Below are positions 47,041 to 59,700 of a stretch of DNA of 64,000 bases, piece after piece. The translations under genes and the position numbers were made by a program. The stretch comes from Mustelus asterias (taxonomy: Eukaryota): assembly GCF_964213995.1 (NCBI RefSeq), contig NW_027590198.1, positions 434,001 to 498,000 of the forward strand, read 5' to 3'. The notes beneath the pieces were generated by a model. That model saw nothing but the letters and a program-made list of their open reading frames with translations, made no database searches and was not told where the DNA came from. Position 1 is the stretch's first letter, and every line of letters starts with the position of its first letter.

Positions 47041-48199
47041 GCAACACACAGCTACAGGCTGAAAATGGTCGTTCAATACCTGTGCCAATTTGAACAGTAG
47101 AGTGAAATATCAGCCCCAAATGCACAATCCCATCAAAAACCCACAGCAATTCATATTTACTTTACCCTTGCTGGTTCCTCCTGAAAAAAATGAGTAAGCT
47201 ATCTTCAATAAGCTATCTTCAACTGCATTAAATTTCACTGTAGCTCACCACGTTCGAGGAATGTTGGCATCGAAGTGTTATAAACCTGAGTGTGGTAAAA
47301 ATTCTGAACAACATCAGCTTGTCACAGCTCTGCTTTGGTCATACTGGAAGCTAGTGTGAAAATATGAACAATTTCATATCTTAACAGACTGGAAGGAGTG
47401 GGTGACTGTGTTTAATTGGCACTGTGCACATTCCTGTAATCCGTGACTGCGAGATTCAGGAAAATTACATCCTGCTGGTCTCGTGGCTAGTGTTCGGTGC
47501 TTTCGGGGTCACAGGCTGGCTTCGATACACTAAGATTTAATGTTTTTGATAAACAAACTGTAATACTTCCTGGTCCAAAGCCGCTCTGCCAGAAACGGTG
47601 GAGTGAGGTTTGTAGTTTTGCTTCCGAGTTGGAAATGTCACATGGACAAAAGGTCAAAAAGAAACACAGATAGTGAAGGACAGATATAGGATGAAAAGCG
47701 CTGACGATGGAGATGGTGACACTCGGTAAAATCTGGTTGATAATGGGTCAGAATTAACCGTTTGCATTGACACAAATTTCACTCATTTCTGGATAAAAAT
47801 ATCGGGCTAAATGATAAGAAAACTTCTCGCTGAATGAAGCACAAAACTATTTGACTTCGACTGATTGCAAGCAGTTTTCATTCAGAAAGAAGTAACTGTG
47901 GGATTAACAAAGCGGGATGGAGAAAGTCTCAGTTTGAGCGGTGAAATTGCCGGAGGAATGGAGAGCTGGAGTTCACCCATAAAAGCAGCAAAGTATAAAA
48001 ATATTGGGAACCACTCAATGTTGCCCTTGTCCATCATTCCTTGTGTCAGTTAACCCATCCTGTTATGCTCTCTATCACAGACCTTCCCTTTTAATCTCTT
48101 TATTGAGTGACTCCCATTTTAAATGCCACAAGACCTCAATCAATGTTTCGCGAAAAGCAAGAATAAATCTGAATCATTTGAAATTAACCCATTTCGAAA

Positions 48200-48273
48200 T
48201 GTTTTTGCTCGGTCTTGACCCGGGGATCTGTGCACATGTGAGGCAAACATGGTAACGACTGCACTACAGAAAC
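48200..48273 (-). pseudogene. tRNA-Val(CAC) pseudogene
   Basis: Reverse complement GTTTCTGTAGTGCAGTCGTTACCATGTTTGCCTCACATG..CCCCGGGTCAAGACCGAGCAAAAACA, consistent with CpG decay. Confidence 0.7.
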
Positions 48274-48874
48274 TTTGCGATGCATGATTTGAAGCAGATC
48301 CGGTTTACTTGTGGAGCAACTAAACTCGTTCCACAAGCCCGTCAGTAGCTCACTTTATATTCTCTCTGCTGGTTTCTCTAATCAAAATGAATGGTGACAC
48401 ATTCTACTGCATTCAATTTTAATAATCACATGTTTGATCAAAGTTCGTAACGTTTAAAGTAATTTCAATAAAAATCTGACATTGGGAGAATTTGATCACA
48501 CTCCTCCACAAATGTCGCTATCCTAAATTTAATGCCTTAAACTTCCGATCAACGACACCAACAGAAGTCATTGCTGTCGGAACTAGTATTGGCAGTGAAC
48601 AGAATCATTGGAGATGGATTAGATCACATGTCCCATTGAGTCTCCTCCGCCATTAAAATCAACCCCAGCTCAACAACCGCCTCATTTCAGGAGTCAATTC
48701 AATTAAACTTGATTCCACCCAGACAGGGAGAGAATAGGAGGAACAAAAACAAAAGAGGGAAATGAATAGTTAGACTGAGAGAGGGAAGGACTGAGGCAGA
48801 TCTATCGACAGAAAGAAAGAAAAAGCCAGAGTGGGTAGATACCGAATGGAACAGGTACACTTCACTATTGAAGT

Positions 48875-50570
48875 GGTGAGATTCTTTCCACTTAGAAAGG
48901 AAACCAGAACTAGAGGGCACAGCCTCAAAATAAAGGGGGTTCAGTTTCGGATAGAGTTGGGGAGGAACTTCTTCTCTCAGAGGGTGGTGAATCTCTGGAA
49001 TTCTCTGCCCACTGAAGTGGTGGGGGTACCTCGTTGAATATTTTTACGTTACGGATAGATGGATTTCTGATCGGTAAGGGAATTAAGGGTTATGGGGAGC
49101 AGGCGGGTAAGTGGAACTGATTCACTTCAGATCAGCCATGATCTTATTGAATGGCGGGGGAGGCTCGAGGCGCTAGATGGCCTACTCCTGCTCCTATTTC
49201 TTATGTTCTGATGTATATGGCTCCCTCATGCCAAAAATAAACTATTTTTCCGAAACGATATAGATGAGAAGGTGGGCGGATGATAAGTAAGTTTAAGAGT
49301 GACAGAAAAAAATGCTGGTGTGGCTATTAGCGAACATTTTCTAGATTGCAGGAAGATAGAGATGACAGATTCTGTTGGGGAGATATCAAATTGTAAAATG
49401 GATTGATGAGATAAATGTAGAGCAATTGCTTTCTCTTCTGCGGCAATCCAGAAAAAGAGGTCACATATATAGGTTGAGAGGTTGTAGATTAAAATCTGAG
49501 CTCAGGAGGAACTACCTCTCGCAAACGGTGATGGATTTGTGGAACTCGTTGTCCCACAGCACGGTGGAGTCTGAATCGTTGAATGGTTTCGAGAGTGAGA
49601 CAGATACATTTCCAGTATCAAAAGAGAAAGAGGGATATTGGGAGCATTTGGGATGATGCATTTGAGACCAAGAATCGATCAACAATGATCTGATTGCATG
49701 GGGGAGCATGATAGCAGGGCTGAATTTACCGACATTTGCGCATAATTCCTATGTTCCTATCTTTCTGTGAGTTGCTCAGATGCGGCCGATCAGGGGCATA
49801 GCCCTGTGAAGTGTTGAATGACACACTTAGGAAGGAGGAAAATGACAAGGGAGAATGCAATGGATGGAAGGACAAAATGAAGTTCAGAGGAGCAGAATTA
49901 TCTTAGGATGTTTGTCCACTGATCCTTGAAAGCGGCAGAACAGAGTAATATGATAGTTAAGAAGGCATACAGAACTTCACTATCCCTCGTGGTATAGATT
50001 ACTTGAGCAGGGAGTTTATGTTGGAACTGTATGAAACTTTGGATAGGCAAAAGCTGGAAGTACTGGATGCAGTTCTTGTCGCCCAATTATAGGAAGCATG
50101 TGATTTCATTGGCGAGGCTGAAGAGAATATTCACAAGGATGGCGCCTGAGATGAATAATTTTAGATATGGAGAGATGCTGGATAGGATTAATATATTTAG
50201 AACAGAGGAGAAAGGAAGGGTACCTGATTGGATTGGATAAGGTTAAGAGGTTTACGGACAGGATGGGGAGGACATCGTTGAAGGATGAGTAGCAAAGGGG
50301 CATAATTTTCAGGTGAGGAGCAGGAGGTTTAGAGGGCTTTTAAGGAAACATTTTTCACAGAGAGAGTTAGAAGTCTGGACTGCACTGCCTGGGAGGATTG
50401 TAGAGGTGGGAATCCAACAGAGTTTTTTTTGATGAGCACATGAAATGCCACAGCATTCAAGACTATGGGCCAAATGCTGTAAAGGGGGATTAGTTTACAT
50501 TTAGTGTATTTTTGTTGGTGCGGAATCGATGTGCCGAAGGGTCTCTTCTGCACTGCATGATATTATGACT
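48875..50570 (+). mobile_element. Three tandem CR1 3' fragments
   Basis: TRTRGHSLKIKG..NFFSQRVVNLWNSLP; RGHIYRLRG..LWNSL; YWMQFLSPNYRKHV..; each ends in a CR1-type tail. Confidence 0.75.
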
Positions 50571-51105
50571 CTACGTTATGGAGCCTGCGGTCATAGTTAT
50601 AGAAGGATCGACTAGTTTGAGGTTCCTTTGATTTTCATGTCATTTGTACAAGTTTCATGTCGATAGGCCTCCTTTTGTTTTTATACCGCTATTCAATTCC
50701 AGAACATTGATATAGATGGAATTGTTACTGTCCTAATTAGGATATAGGTGAGCAATAAAAATCGTTATTGTTTAATTGAAGGTCCATTTAAGCGGTAAGC
50801 CATCAGGTCACCTTTGTTAAAAGATATACATTTTAATTTAAAATCGCACATTTGTAATTGTGTTCAATCTATGATATTAACAACGAAGCTAAAAACAGAC
50901 CATATCAAAGTGCTTGCTCATAGGCTACAATCCGCCATTGTAATTGTTTAATTAACGGTGTTTGTTCAGTGAGTGCAAGCAACATTATTGGTAATATAAC
51001 CTAATTGTGTCTACGGGGGATAACATGAGGTATAATAGAATGTTCTTTGAAAGTCGAGCAGAGCACAAATCATTCTCAGAAAGACATCGCCGCCCCTCAC
51101 AGAAG

Positions 51106-51175
51106 ATGCATGCTCCACCTACTGGACTACCATATGCTATTTACTACACTACACTTGCTGTCATTGCAGTCCCAG
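51106..51175 (+). CDS. GPR139/142-like GPCR exon 1 (MHAPPTGLPYAIYYTTLAVIAVP)
   Basis: ATG at 51106, start of TM1, 70 nt ending in phase 1 at donor GTAATG; joins in frame to the exon at 56305 to give ..AVP-A-NLVAIVIL. Confidence 0.8.
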
Positions 51176-52952
51176 GTAATGCTTCAAAATAAGTTATTCG
51201 TTGTCTAATTGAATGCGTCTCAAGGATACCATGAAACAAAAGGGTTGAAGTTATCCGACGTTTGAATACCAGGAGCAATATACTCATTTTCTTCCATGTC
51301 ACCTCACGAAGGATAGACTTTTCATTCAAAAATGGTGCAATGTCGATTTGCTATAACGATACCAAGTCTTCGAGAGTGAATTCTCAGGAACGGTTTCATA
51401 AATCTCATATGTTGTACATTCCGTATATAAGATTAAATAACTAGTTAGCCGCTTTGATTAAAATTAGTAAAGGGGTTCAAAGATCTGTGGGCAACAAACA
51501 TATTTTTCTGGTCGGGATGCGCAAGGCAAGGGCAGAAGTGGTGAAATAACTCAGGATATGGTTTTCTAAATCCTCGACGAACCAGATTTGACTTAATAAA
51601 GCAGTGATCAAAGTACTGGACATGGGAATATCTATCGGTGTAGAATTTGCTTTGACAAAGAAGTTTGACAAAGGGCCTTCTGAACTCGAAACGTCAGCTT
51701 TTTTCTCTCCGACAGATGCTGCCAGACCTGCTGAAATTTTCCAGCATTTTCTCTTTCTGATTTCAGATTCCAGCATCCGCAGTAATGTGCTTTTAATATC
51801 TATCGGTGTCATTTGTAACAGAGTTCACAAAACATTTGATTAGAGACTCCACAGGGCCACGTTACTTCACGGTGAAGATACTGGAATAGAAATAAACGCA
51901 TATAAATATTTGGGACTAAATATCAATGTCAAAAGAGTTCTGGACTTACTGGATGTGGAGAGGCTGTTTCCACCAGTGAAAATATCGTACACTAAAGGGA
52001 ACAGTATGAAAGTAACTCGTGAAATCAGCAAAATTCATTTAAGGACATGGGTTGTACGCTGCGAGTGGCGAGTGTTTGTGATACACTGCATGAGATTGTG
52101 GTTGAGAGAGATCCTTTTGAACAATTCAGAAACTAACTGCATATTTATCTGGATGGATGAACGTGGAATGTTAGGAGGATAGGACGGTGGATGACCTTCG
52201 GTGAGACGTGCATTCAGAGAAACGATGCAATCACAATTGCTCAAATGGCACCGTGCTGATCTGTAATAATTGTCCCATTCTGTGAAATTGGCTAAGCTAC
52301 ATAACAGAATGCAAAGATAAGAGAAACCATTCGAACTCACAGGATATGACTGGTCGTTTCTTGCTAGGATTCTGTTGGCACTTCAATGATTAATCCGAAC
52401 TATAATTGGCTGAGAAGATGCGATGTAAAAGGTCACACATCAAAATGTCCCGATAAACTTAAGTTACATCCTAATCAGTGTAGATGGAAAAATAAAATTC
52501 GAAAGATTATTGAACAGTTAAATTAAGTGGGCTAAACTGTGAAAAATGCTCATCATGGTAGACAGGTATGATATCATCCATGTTGTGCCGATTTACGATA
52601 TAATAAATGTTTCTCTATGTTTTAATTCCAATTATTGCTATATCATCTGTGCTTTCTGTTCAAGTTTCTAATCTTTCAGTGCATGGAATATTCGAATTGT
52701 CGCAGCATAGACGTTTGCTCGGCAAGATCAGTTCAGTTTCTCCAGTTTCCCCCTTCGTTTCCCTGTCACCACACACGTTTCCTATTCAGATGATAAGTCA
52801 ATGCCCTCTTGAATGTCGCTACGAATACTATCACAACCTCATTCTCATGCAGCAAATTTGCATGCGCCAAAAGTTTGTCCTGACGTCACTTTTTCTTCCC
52901 TTATATATAACATTAAATCAATCCCCTCTTCGGTTTAATCCTTCCTCTGAGG

Positions 52953-55745
52953 TTTTGATTTGATTTGATTTATTATTGTCCCCTGTACTAACATACAGTG
53001 AAAAGTATTGCTTCTTGCGTGCTATACAGACAAAACATATCGTTCATAGAGAAGGAAACGAGAGAGTACAAAATGTAGTGTTGCAGTCATGGCTATGGTG
53101 TAGACAAATATCAACTTCATGCAAGGTAAGTCCATTCAACAATCTGAGAGCAGCAGGGAAGAAGCTGTTTTTGAGTCGGTTGGTACGTGACCTCACACTT
53201 TTGTATCTATCTCCTGAAGGAAGAAGGTGGAAGAGAAAATGTCCGAGGTGCATGGGGTCCTTAATTATGCTGGTTGCCTTGCCGGGGCAGTGGGAAGTGT
53301 AGACAGAGTCAATGGATGGGAGGCTGGTTTGCGTGATGGATTGGGCTACATTTACAAACTTTTGCAGTTCCTTGCAATCTTGGGGAGAGCAGGAGCCATA
53401 CCAAGCTGTGATACAACCAGAAATAATGCTTTCTATGGTGCATCTGCAAAAATTGGTGAGAGTCATAGCTGACATGCCATATTTCATTCGTCTTCTGAGA
53501 AATTTGGTGGGCTTTCTCAACTCCAGTTCCGTCCATTGGGGGGCGGGGGGGGGCGGTTAACAGGACAGATTGTTTGTGATCTGGAGAACTAAAAACTTGA
53601 AGCTCTCGACCCTTTCTACTTCGGCACCATTGATGTAGACAGGGGCATGTTCTCCTTTACGATTCCTGATGTTGATGGCAATCTCCTTCGTTTTGTTGAC
53701 AGTGAGAGAGAGATTATTTTTGCCGCACCAGTTCACCAGATTCCTGTACTCGTCATTGTTTGAGATCCGACCCACTAGGTGGTGTTATCAGCAAAATTGA
53801 AAATCGACATGGAGCGGAATTTGGCCACACAGTCATAGGTGTATAAGGATTATAGTAGGGGGCTGTGAACACAGTCTTGTGGGGCACGGGGGTTGAGGAT
53901 TATCGTGGAAGAGGTGTTGTTGAATTAACTTACTGATTGTGGACTATGAGTGAGGAAGTTCAGGATCCAGTCGCAGAGGGAGGTGCCGAGGCACAGGCCA
54001 CGGAGTTTGGAGATGAGTTTCGTGGGAATCATAGTGTTGAAGGCTGAGCTGTAGTCAATAAATAGGAATCTGGCATAGGTGTCCTTATTATCTAGGTGTT
54101 CTAAGGTTGAGTGCAGGGCCAGGGAAACGGCGTCTGCTGTGGATCTGTTGCGGTGGTAGTCAAATTGTGGTAGATCCAGGTCGTGCGGGAGGCTGGAATT
54201 GATTCATGCCATGACTAACCTTTCGAAGAACTTCATGATGATATTTGTCAGAGCCACTGGCTGATAGTCATTAAAGCACGCTGCTTGGTTTTTCTTCGGT
54301 ACCGGGATGATGGTCGTCTTATTGAAGTAGATAGGGATCTCAGATTGTTGTAAAGAGAGGTTGAAGATGTCTGTGAATACGCCCGCCAGCTGATCCTCGC
54401 AGGTTCTGAATGCTCGTCCGGGTACCCCATCTGGGCCAGTCCCTTTCAGTGGGTTAACCTTCAAGAAAGCTGCTCTGACATCTGCAATGGTGACCCCAGA
54501 TATAGGTTCATCCTGTGCTTCCAGGGTAGAGGCCATGTGCTGGCTGACCTCTTGCTCAAAACCGGCATAGGATGTATTGAGATCATCAGGGAGAGGTGCG
54601 TTGGAGCCGGCGATTGAACATGCCTTCATCTTGTAGCCTGTTATGTCTTGCAGACAAGCGGGGCTCCGTGTGGCTAGCCTAGGACTCTAGCTTGGTCCGG
54701 TACTGTCTTTTGGCATCTTTGATGGATCTCTTTAGATCGTATCTGGCTTTCTTGTATAGGTCAGTGTCGCTTGACTTGAATGCCTCAGACCTGGACTTCA
54801 GCAAGCAGTGGATATCCCTGTTAATCCATTGTTTCCGGTTGGAAACACACGATTTGCTTCGTTGGCACATTGCCTTCTACACACTTATTAATGATGTCAG
54901 TTCCTGTCGTGGCGTACTCTTTCAGGCTGGTTACAGAGTTTTTAAATACTAACCTCAGACTAACATTGCACGACTTTCTTTGATGGATTCTCCCGCTTCA
55001 GTTCTTGCTAGTAAGCCGAAGCAAGAGTACTGTCCTGTGGTTTGATTGGCAAAAGTCTGGGCAACGATAGAGCATGTTTGATATTTGTGCAGCAGTGGTT
55101 TAGGATGTTTGGGCCTGTGTTGGAATAGGAAACGTGTTGGTGGTATCTTGGTAGTATGCTCTTGAGTTTGGCCTGATTGAAGTCCACAGCAACGATGAAC
55201 AAAGCCTCGTCTCAAGGCTAATCGTAGTGATGTATATTTCGTCTGGCGTAATCTTCACGTGTGCATTGGGTGGAAGGTGAACTACCATCAGGATAACGGC
55301 GGTGAACTCCCGCGGAAGGGAGTAGGGGTGGCATTTTAGCATGAGATATTCCAGGTCTGGGGAGCAGAAAGTTGCTGTGTCGCTACGCCGAGGCACCACA
55401 AGGTGTTGATAAAGAAGCAGGCCCACCACCCCTAGCCATGGCTAAGGCCGCTGTACGGTCTATTCGATGGATTGAGAAGCCCACTGGTTTTAGGGCACTG
55501 TCCGGTGAAGCAAGAGTCTCTGTGAAACAGAGTACACAGCAACCCCTCAGTTCCCTTTGGAAAGTGAGTCTCGTTCTAAGTTCGTCTAGCTTGTTTTCCA
55601 GAGACTGGAGATTTGTAAGGAATAAGCTGGGGGTGGGGGCCTTGGGGCCGCGTTGTTTCACTCTCACTTACACTTTTTCCACGCTTCCTGGAGTGTCTGC
55701 CTTTTTCGAGCCTGGGAGACGGTGAGAATGTTTTGCGGTTTTAAG
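52953..55745 (-). mobile_element. Rex1/Babar-like non-LTR retrotransposon, near full-length but decayed, in the GPCR intron
   Basis: Minus-strand pieces: PTPSLFLTNLQSLENKLDELR (endonuclease), GPDGVPGR..DQLAGVFTDIFNLSL..IIPVPKK..NDYQPVALT (RT), FCRCTIESIISGCITAWYG, RTNRLKNSFFP; (GATTT)n tail at 52955-72. Confidence 0.85.
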
Positions 55746-56304
55746 GGTATGGTTTTGTCCAATGAGGTTCTTCACTCTGGTCGGTGTGCGGATGGAGGAT
55801 TTGTTGCCTTGCTTGCCGTTCCTGTGTCGTGAGCAGTTTTCTCCCGATCGTCTCTCCGAAGAACCCGAATGAATTTTTGACATTTGACAAATATTTCGAC
55901 ACGTTTCTCCAATCAACCCTCGTAAGCGAATTACTCCATTCATGGAAACATCAACACCAATATTTTCCATACCCGTTGAAATGTCATCAGACTCCACTAA
56001 TTGGTTGATTTCGGAAATAGAAACTTTATTAATTCATTACCGTGCACGGTAAAATGTAATGGTAATTGAGAAGTCAATGCTTGATAAACAGATAATCCAT
56101 TTTGATGATTAAGAATATACTTCTTCCATCCGTGATGTCTGCCTCCATCTAACGTCCATCTTCATATTATTAAATCAGCTGTTGTTTCTTCAGACCCAGA
56201 AAATCGCTTCAGATGCAGAAAATAAGAGTCCATGCATTTTGGTCAATGTGATGATATTATTGTGGTTTTTGCATGTAAGTTAATTCTCCTTCTGTTTAAT
56301 GCAG

Positions 56305-57215
56305 CTAATTTAGTGGCGATTGTGATCCTGTCAAGAGGAAAGTGTGGTCTTTCGAGATGTATCACTCGATACCTTATCTCCATGAATGTGACAGATCTAC
56401 TGGTCATTATCACCGCTGTGATATTAAATCGTATCAGTGCCATTTATTTTCCAGGCAGCTTCTTGTCCATCACCCCGCTGTGTAGTGTGAGCACAGTCGT
56501 AACTTACGCAGCCAGAGTGAGTGCTGTCTGGTTAACAGTCACGTTTACCTTTGATCGCTTTGTGGCAATATGCTGCCAGAAATTGAAAATAAAATACTGC
56601 ACCGAGAAAACTGCGGCTGTTGTGATAGGAACAGTCTGTGCCCTGGGCTTTTTAACCAATATCCCCTGGTACTTTATTCACGAGCCTATTTACATGGTTG
56701 ACAATGTGCCCTGGTATTGCAAACTGAAGGATATCCGGTATACTTCACTGCTATGGACAGCATATGACTGGTTTGATTGTATATTGACCCCGTGTGCTCC
56801 GTTCCTTCTAATTCTCCTGTTCAACGCTCTGACAGTCAGACATATTCTAGCAGCCAGTAGAGCCAGGAGGAGACTTCGTACAGACAATGACGGAAAGAAT
56901 CAGACTGACCCTGAGATGGAGAGCCGGAGAAAGTCCATCATTTTACTCTTCACAATCTCTGGCAGTTTCATCCTGTTGTGGATGACATATGTTATACAGT
57001 TCTTGAATGTGCGAATCACAAACGATTATAACATTAAAAGCTTCAGTGATCCCAAATTCATTCTCCAGGAATCTGGGAACATGCTGCAGCTTCTTAGTTC
57101 CTGCACCAACACCTTTATTTACGCAGCCATCCAGAAGAAATTCAGAGAAGAATTGAAAAATGCTCTCCAATGTCCACTGAACCGAATTAGTAAACTAACT
57201 ATTCCGAGAAAATAA
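56305..57215 (+). CDS. GPR139/142-like rhodopsin-family GPCR exon 2 (about 326 aa spliced protein)
   Basis: Acceptor tttaatgcAG; open frame with the remaining TM helices and class A motifs: TM2 DLL, TM3 FTFDRFVAICC, TM4 NIPW, TM6 FILLW, TM7 SCTNTFIY; AATAAA at 57287. Confidence 0.92.
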
Positions 57216-57387
57216 TGCAGTCCAATAGTTATAATTCTTTACTAAAATTAGTCAATTGTTTCACCTCTTAACAGCACAGGCTTGAAAATAAAAATGGATA
57301 CTCTCCAATTCATGTCAATGTCTGAGAATTATTATCTCTAATGTAATCACAACCTTTCAAAGTTCATCAGGTGATCGCAAGTTTCTT

Positions 57388-57603
57388 GATGTGGAGATGT
57401 TGTCGTTGGACTGGAGTGGGCACAGTAAGAACTCTCACAACACCAGCTTAAAGTCCAACAGATCTTTTGTTTGCACGAGGTTTCGGAGCTCTGATCCTTC
57501 AACAGGTGAGAGGCTGATGAAGGAGCAGTGCTCCGAAAGCTCGTGCTACCAAATAATCATGTTCTACGTTAACCTGGTGTTGTGAGAATTCTTACTGTGC
57601 CCA
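57388..57603. mobile_element. Palindromic mini Penelope-derived element with TSD
   Basis: Head-to-head inverted terminal repeats; TSD CAAGTTTCTT at 57378-87 and 57604-13; hammerhead core at 57514-57542. Confidence 0.75.
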
Positions 57604-58969
57604 CAAGTTTCTTTTTTATAACATAGATATAAGGACCCCAAGTCTCTAACAAGTGTCCTTCTTGTATTAATGAGGCTAGCCTTCCACGTTGAAGACTATT
57701 CGTCCTTTACTTTAGTTCCAACTATCCCAATTTTCTGATGGGTCTCTTCCTTGTACCCATGTTACAAACATCCCAATATAATGACAGCTGTCCTTAATGT
57801 GACCATGAATTAAGTAGTATCATTTGCTGGCAGATCAGTTTCAATTTTACCGTCACTGTCCAGGAATTTCAGCTTTGAGTTCTCCCGCTAATAACATTAT
57901 AGCGTCAACTCCACTTCTGTTCTACTTCATCAATCAAGTGTCCTGCGACCATGCAAAGTTTGTGGTTATCTTTCTTTCCACGAGCGACCTCGTAACTCTT
58001 ACTGAATGTCGATTGCTTGTGATTACTGTGATACTCGGTTGTCTATGTCACAATTGGTCCCTGGGATGAGAGTTTTCTCCTGGGATTGGAGGCTGTGTAA
58101 ATTGGGCTGAAATTCCCTGGAGTTAATAAAAATGAGAGGCGATCTCACTGAAACCAGCAGTATTCTCAGGTATTGTTTCCACTGGTCGGGAAATCTAAAA
58201 GACTGGGGTCCAATCTCAGGATGAGGACCCCCTCGGAGGACTGACACACAACCACATTCAGCCAGCGTTCTTATTTGATTGGATTTCTTAACATTAACAG
58301 CATATTTGAAATAAACATATTATTGCATGTAATATGTATGAATGAATATTCATTAGCTAAATAATGTTGGTAAGACCAGATATCAGTCGAGCCGGTAACA
58401 CTTGAGAAACATTTTTATTGTTGCCCAAGGACCCAAGCGAAACTGTGCGACAATCAACGGTAATTGTTTTTAAAAAGTGAAACGCCTTGTGTGGATGGTT
58501 TTGAACGACCACTTTTTCGGTGAACAGCCAAACGCACTGACAAATTAGGCCACAGAGAATAACATAACTCGAACCCACCCTATATCAGCGTATCAGCGGG
58601 TGCTGTTTATATCCAACGCCTATTCTCTTCTCGTAAAACATAATCCAGAACTCCCGCATGACCACACAAAATCTAAATAAGCTCCTTTGCCTATTGCACC
58701 ACCACAATTTTGCTGTGGTGTCGTGGTTATTCCCCTTCTCCTAATATGGAAAAAAAGACCATTTGATCGGGCAGATAGGGACAAACTCTTTCCACTGACT
58801 GAAGTCAATAACCGAAGATTGGGATTGAAGATCGTTAAAGAAAGACTGACTTCCATTTACATAGCGCTTTTCCCAATCATTGTACGTCACAACGCGCTTT
58901 CCAGGCAACGAAAGGAACGAAAACGTGGGAAAAAAGTGGCAATAAATGAATGAATGGGTCATGCGGATT

Positions 58970-59700
58970 TGAAACATAGAACATCGAACATTACAGCGCA
59001 GTACAGGCCCTTCGGCCCTCGATGTTGCGCCGACCAGTGGTACCAATCTAAAGCCCCTCTAATCTACACTATTCCAATATCATCCATATGTTTATCCAAT
59101 AACCACTTGAACGCTCTCAAAGTTGACGAGTCCACCACTGCTGCAGGCAGGGCATTCCACGCCCTTACTACTGTCTGAGTAAAGAACCTACCTCTAACAT
59201 CTGTCCTATATCTCTCACCCCTCAATTTAAAGCTATGTCCCCTCGTGCTAGCGAACACCATCCGAGGAAAAAGGCTCTCACTATCCACCCTATCTAATCC
59301 TTTGATCATCTTGTATGCCTCTATTAAGTCACCTCTTAACCTTCTTCTCTCTAACGAAAACAACCTCAAGCCCCTCAGCCTTTCCGCATACGATCTTCCC
59401 ACCATACCAGGCAACATCCTGGTAAATCTCTTCTGCACCCTTTCCAACACTTCCACATCTTTCCTATAATACGGCGATCAGAACTGTATGCAATACTCCA
59501 AAAGCGGCCGCACCAAAGTTTTGTACAGTTGCAGCATGCGCTCCTGGCTCCGAAACTCAATTCCTCTACCAATAAAAGCTAACACACCGTACGCCTTCTT
59601 AACAACCCTATCAACCTGGGTGCCAACTTTCAGGGATCTATGCACGTGGACACTCAGCTCCCTCTGTTCATCCACACTACCAAGTATGTTACCATTACCA
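58970..59700 (-). mobile_element. Young CR1 LINE 3' fragment
   Basis: KKAYGVLAFIGRGIEFRS..LLEYCIQF; LERVQKRFTRMLPGM..RGDLIEAYKMIKG..VVRAWNALP. Confidence 0.9.

Noticed and set aside
56232-56304. ORF-track N-terminus MHFGQCDD.. of the GPCR
   Set aside because: Intronic read-through upstream of the acceptor at 56304; the exon at 51106-51175 supplies a proper TM1 start.
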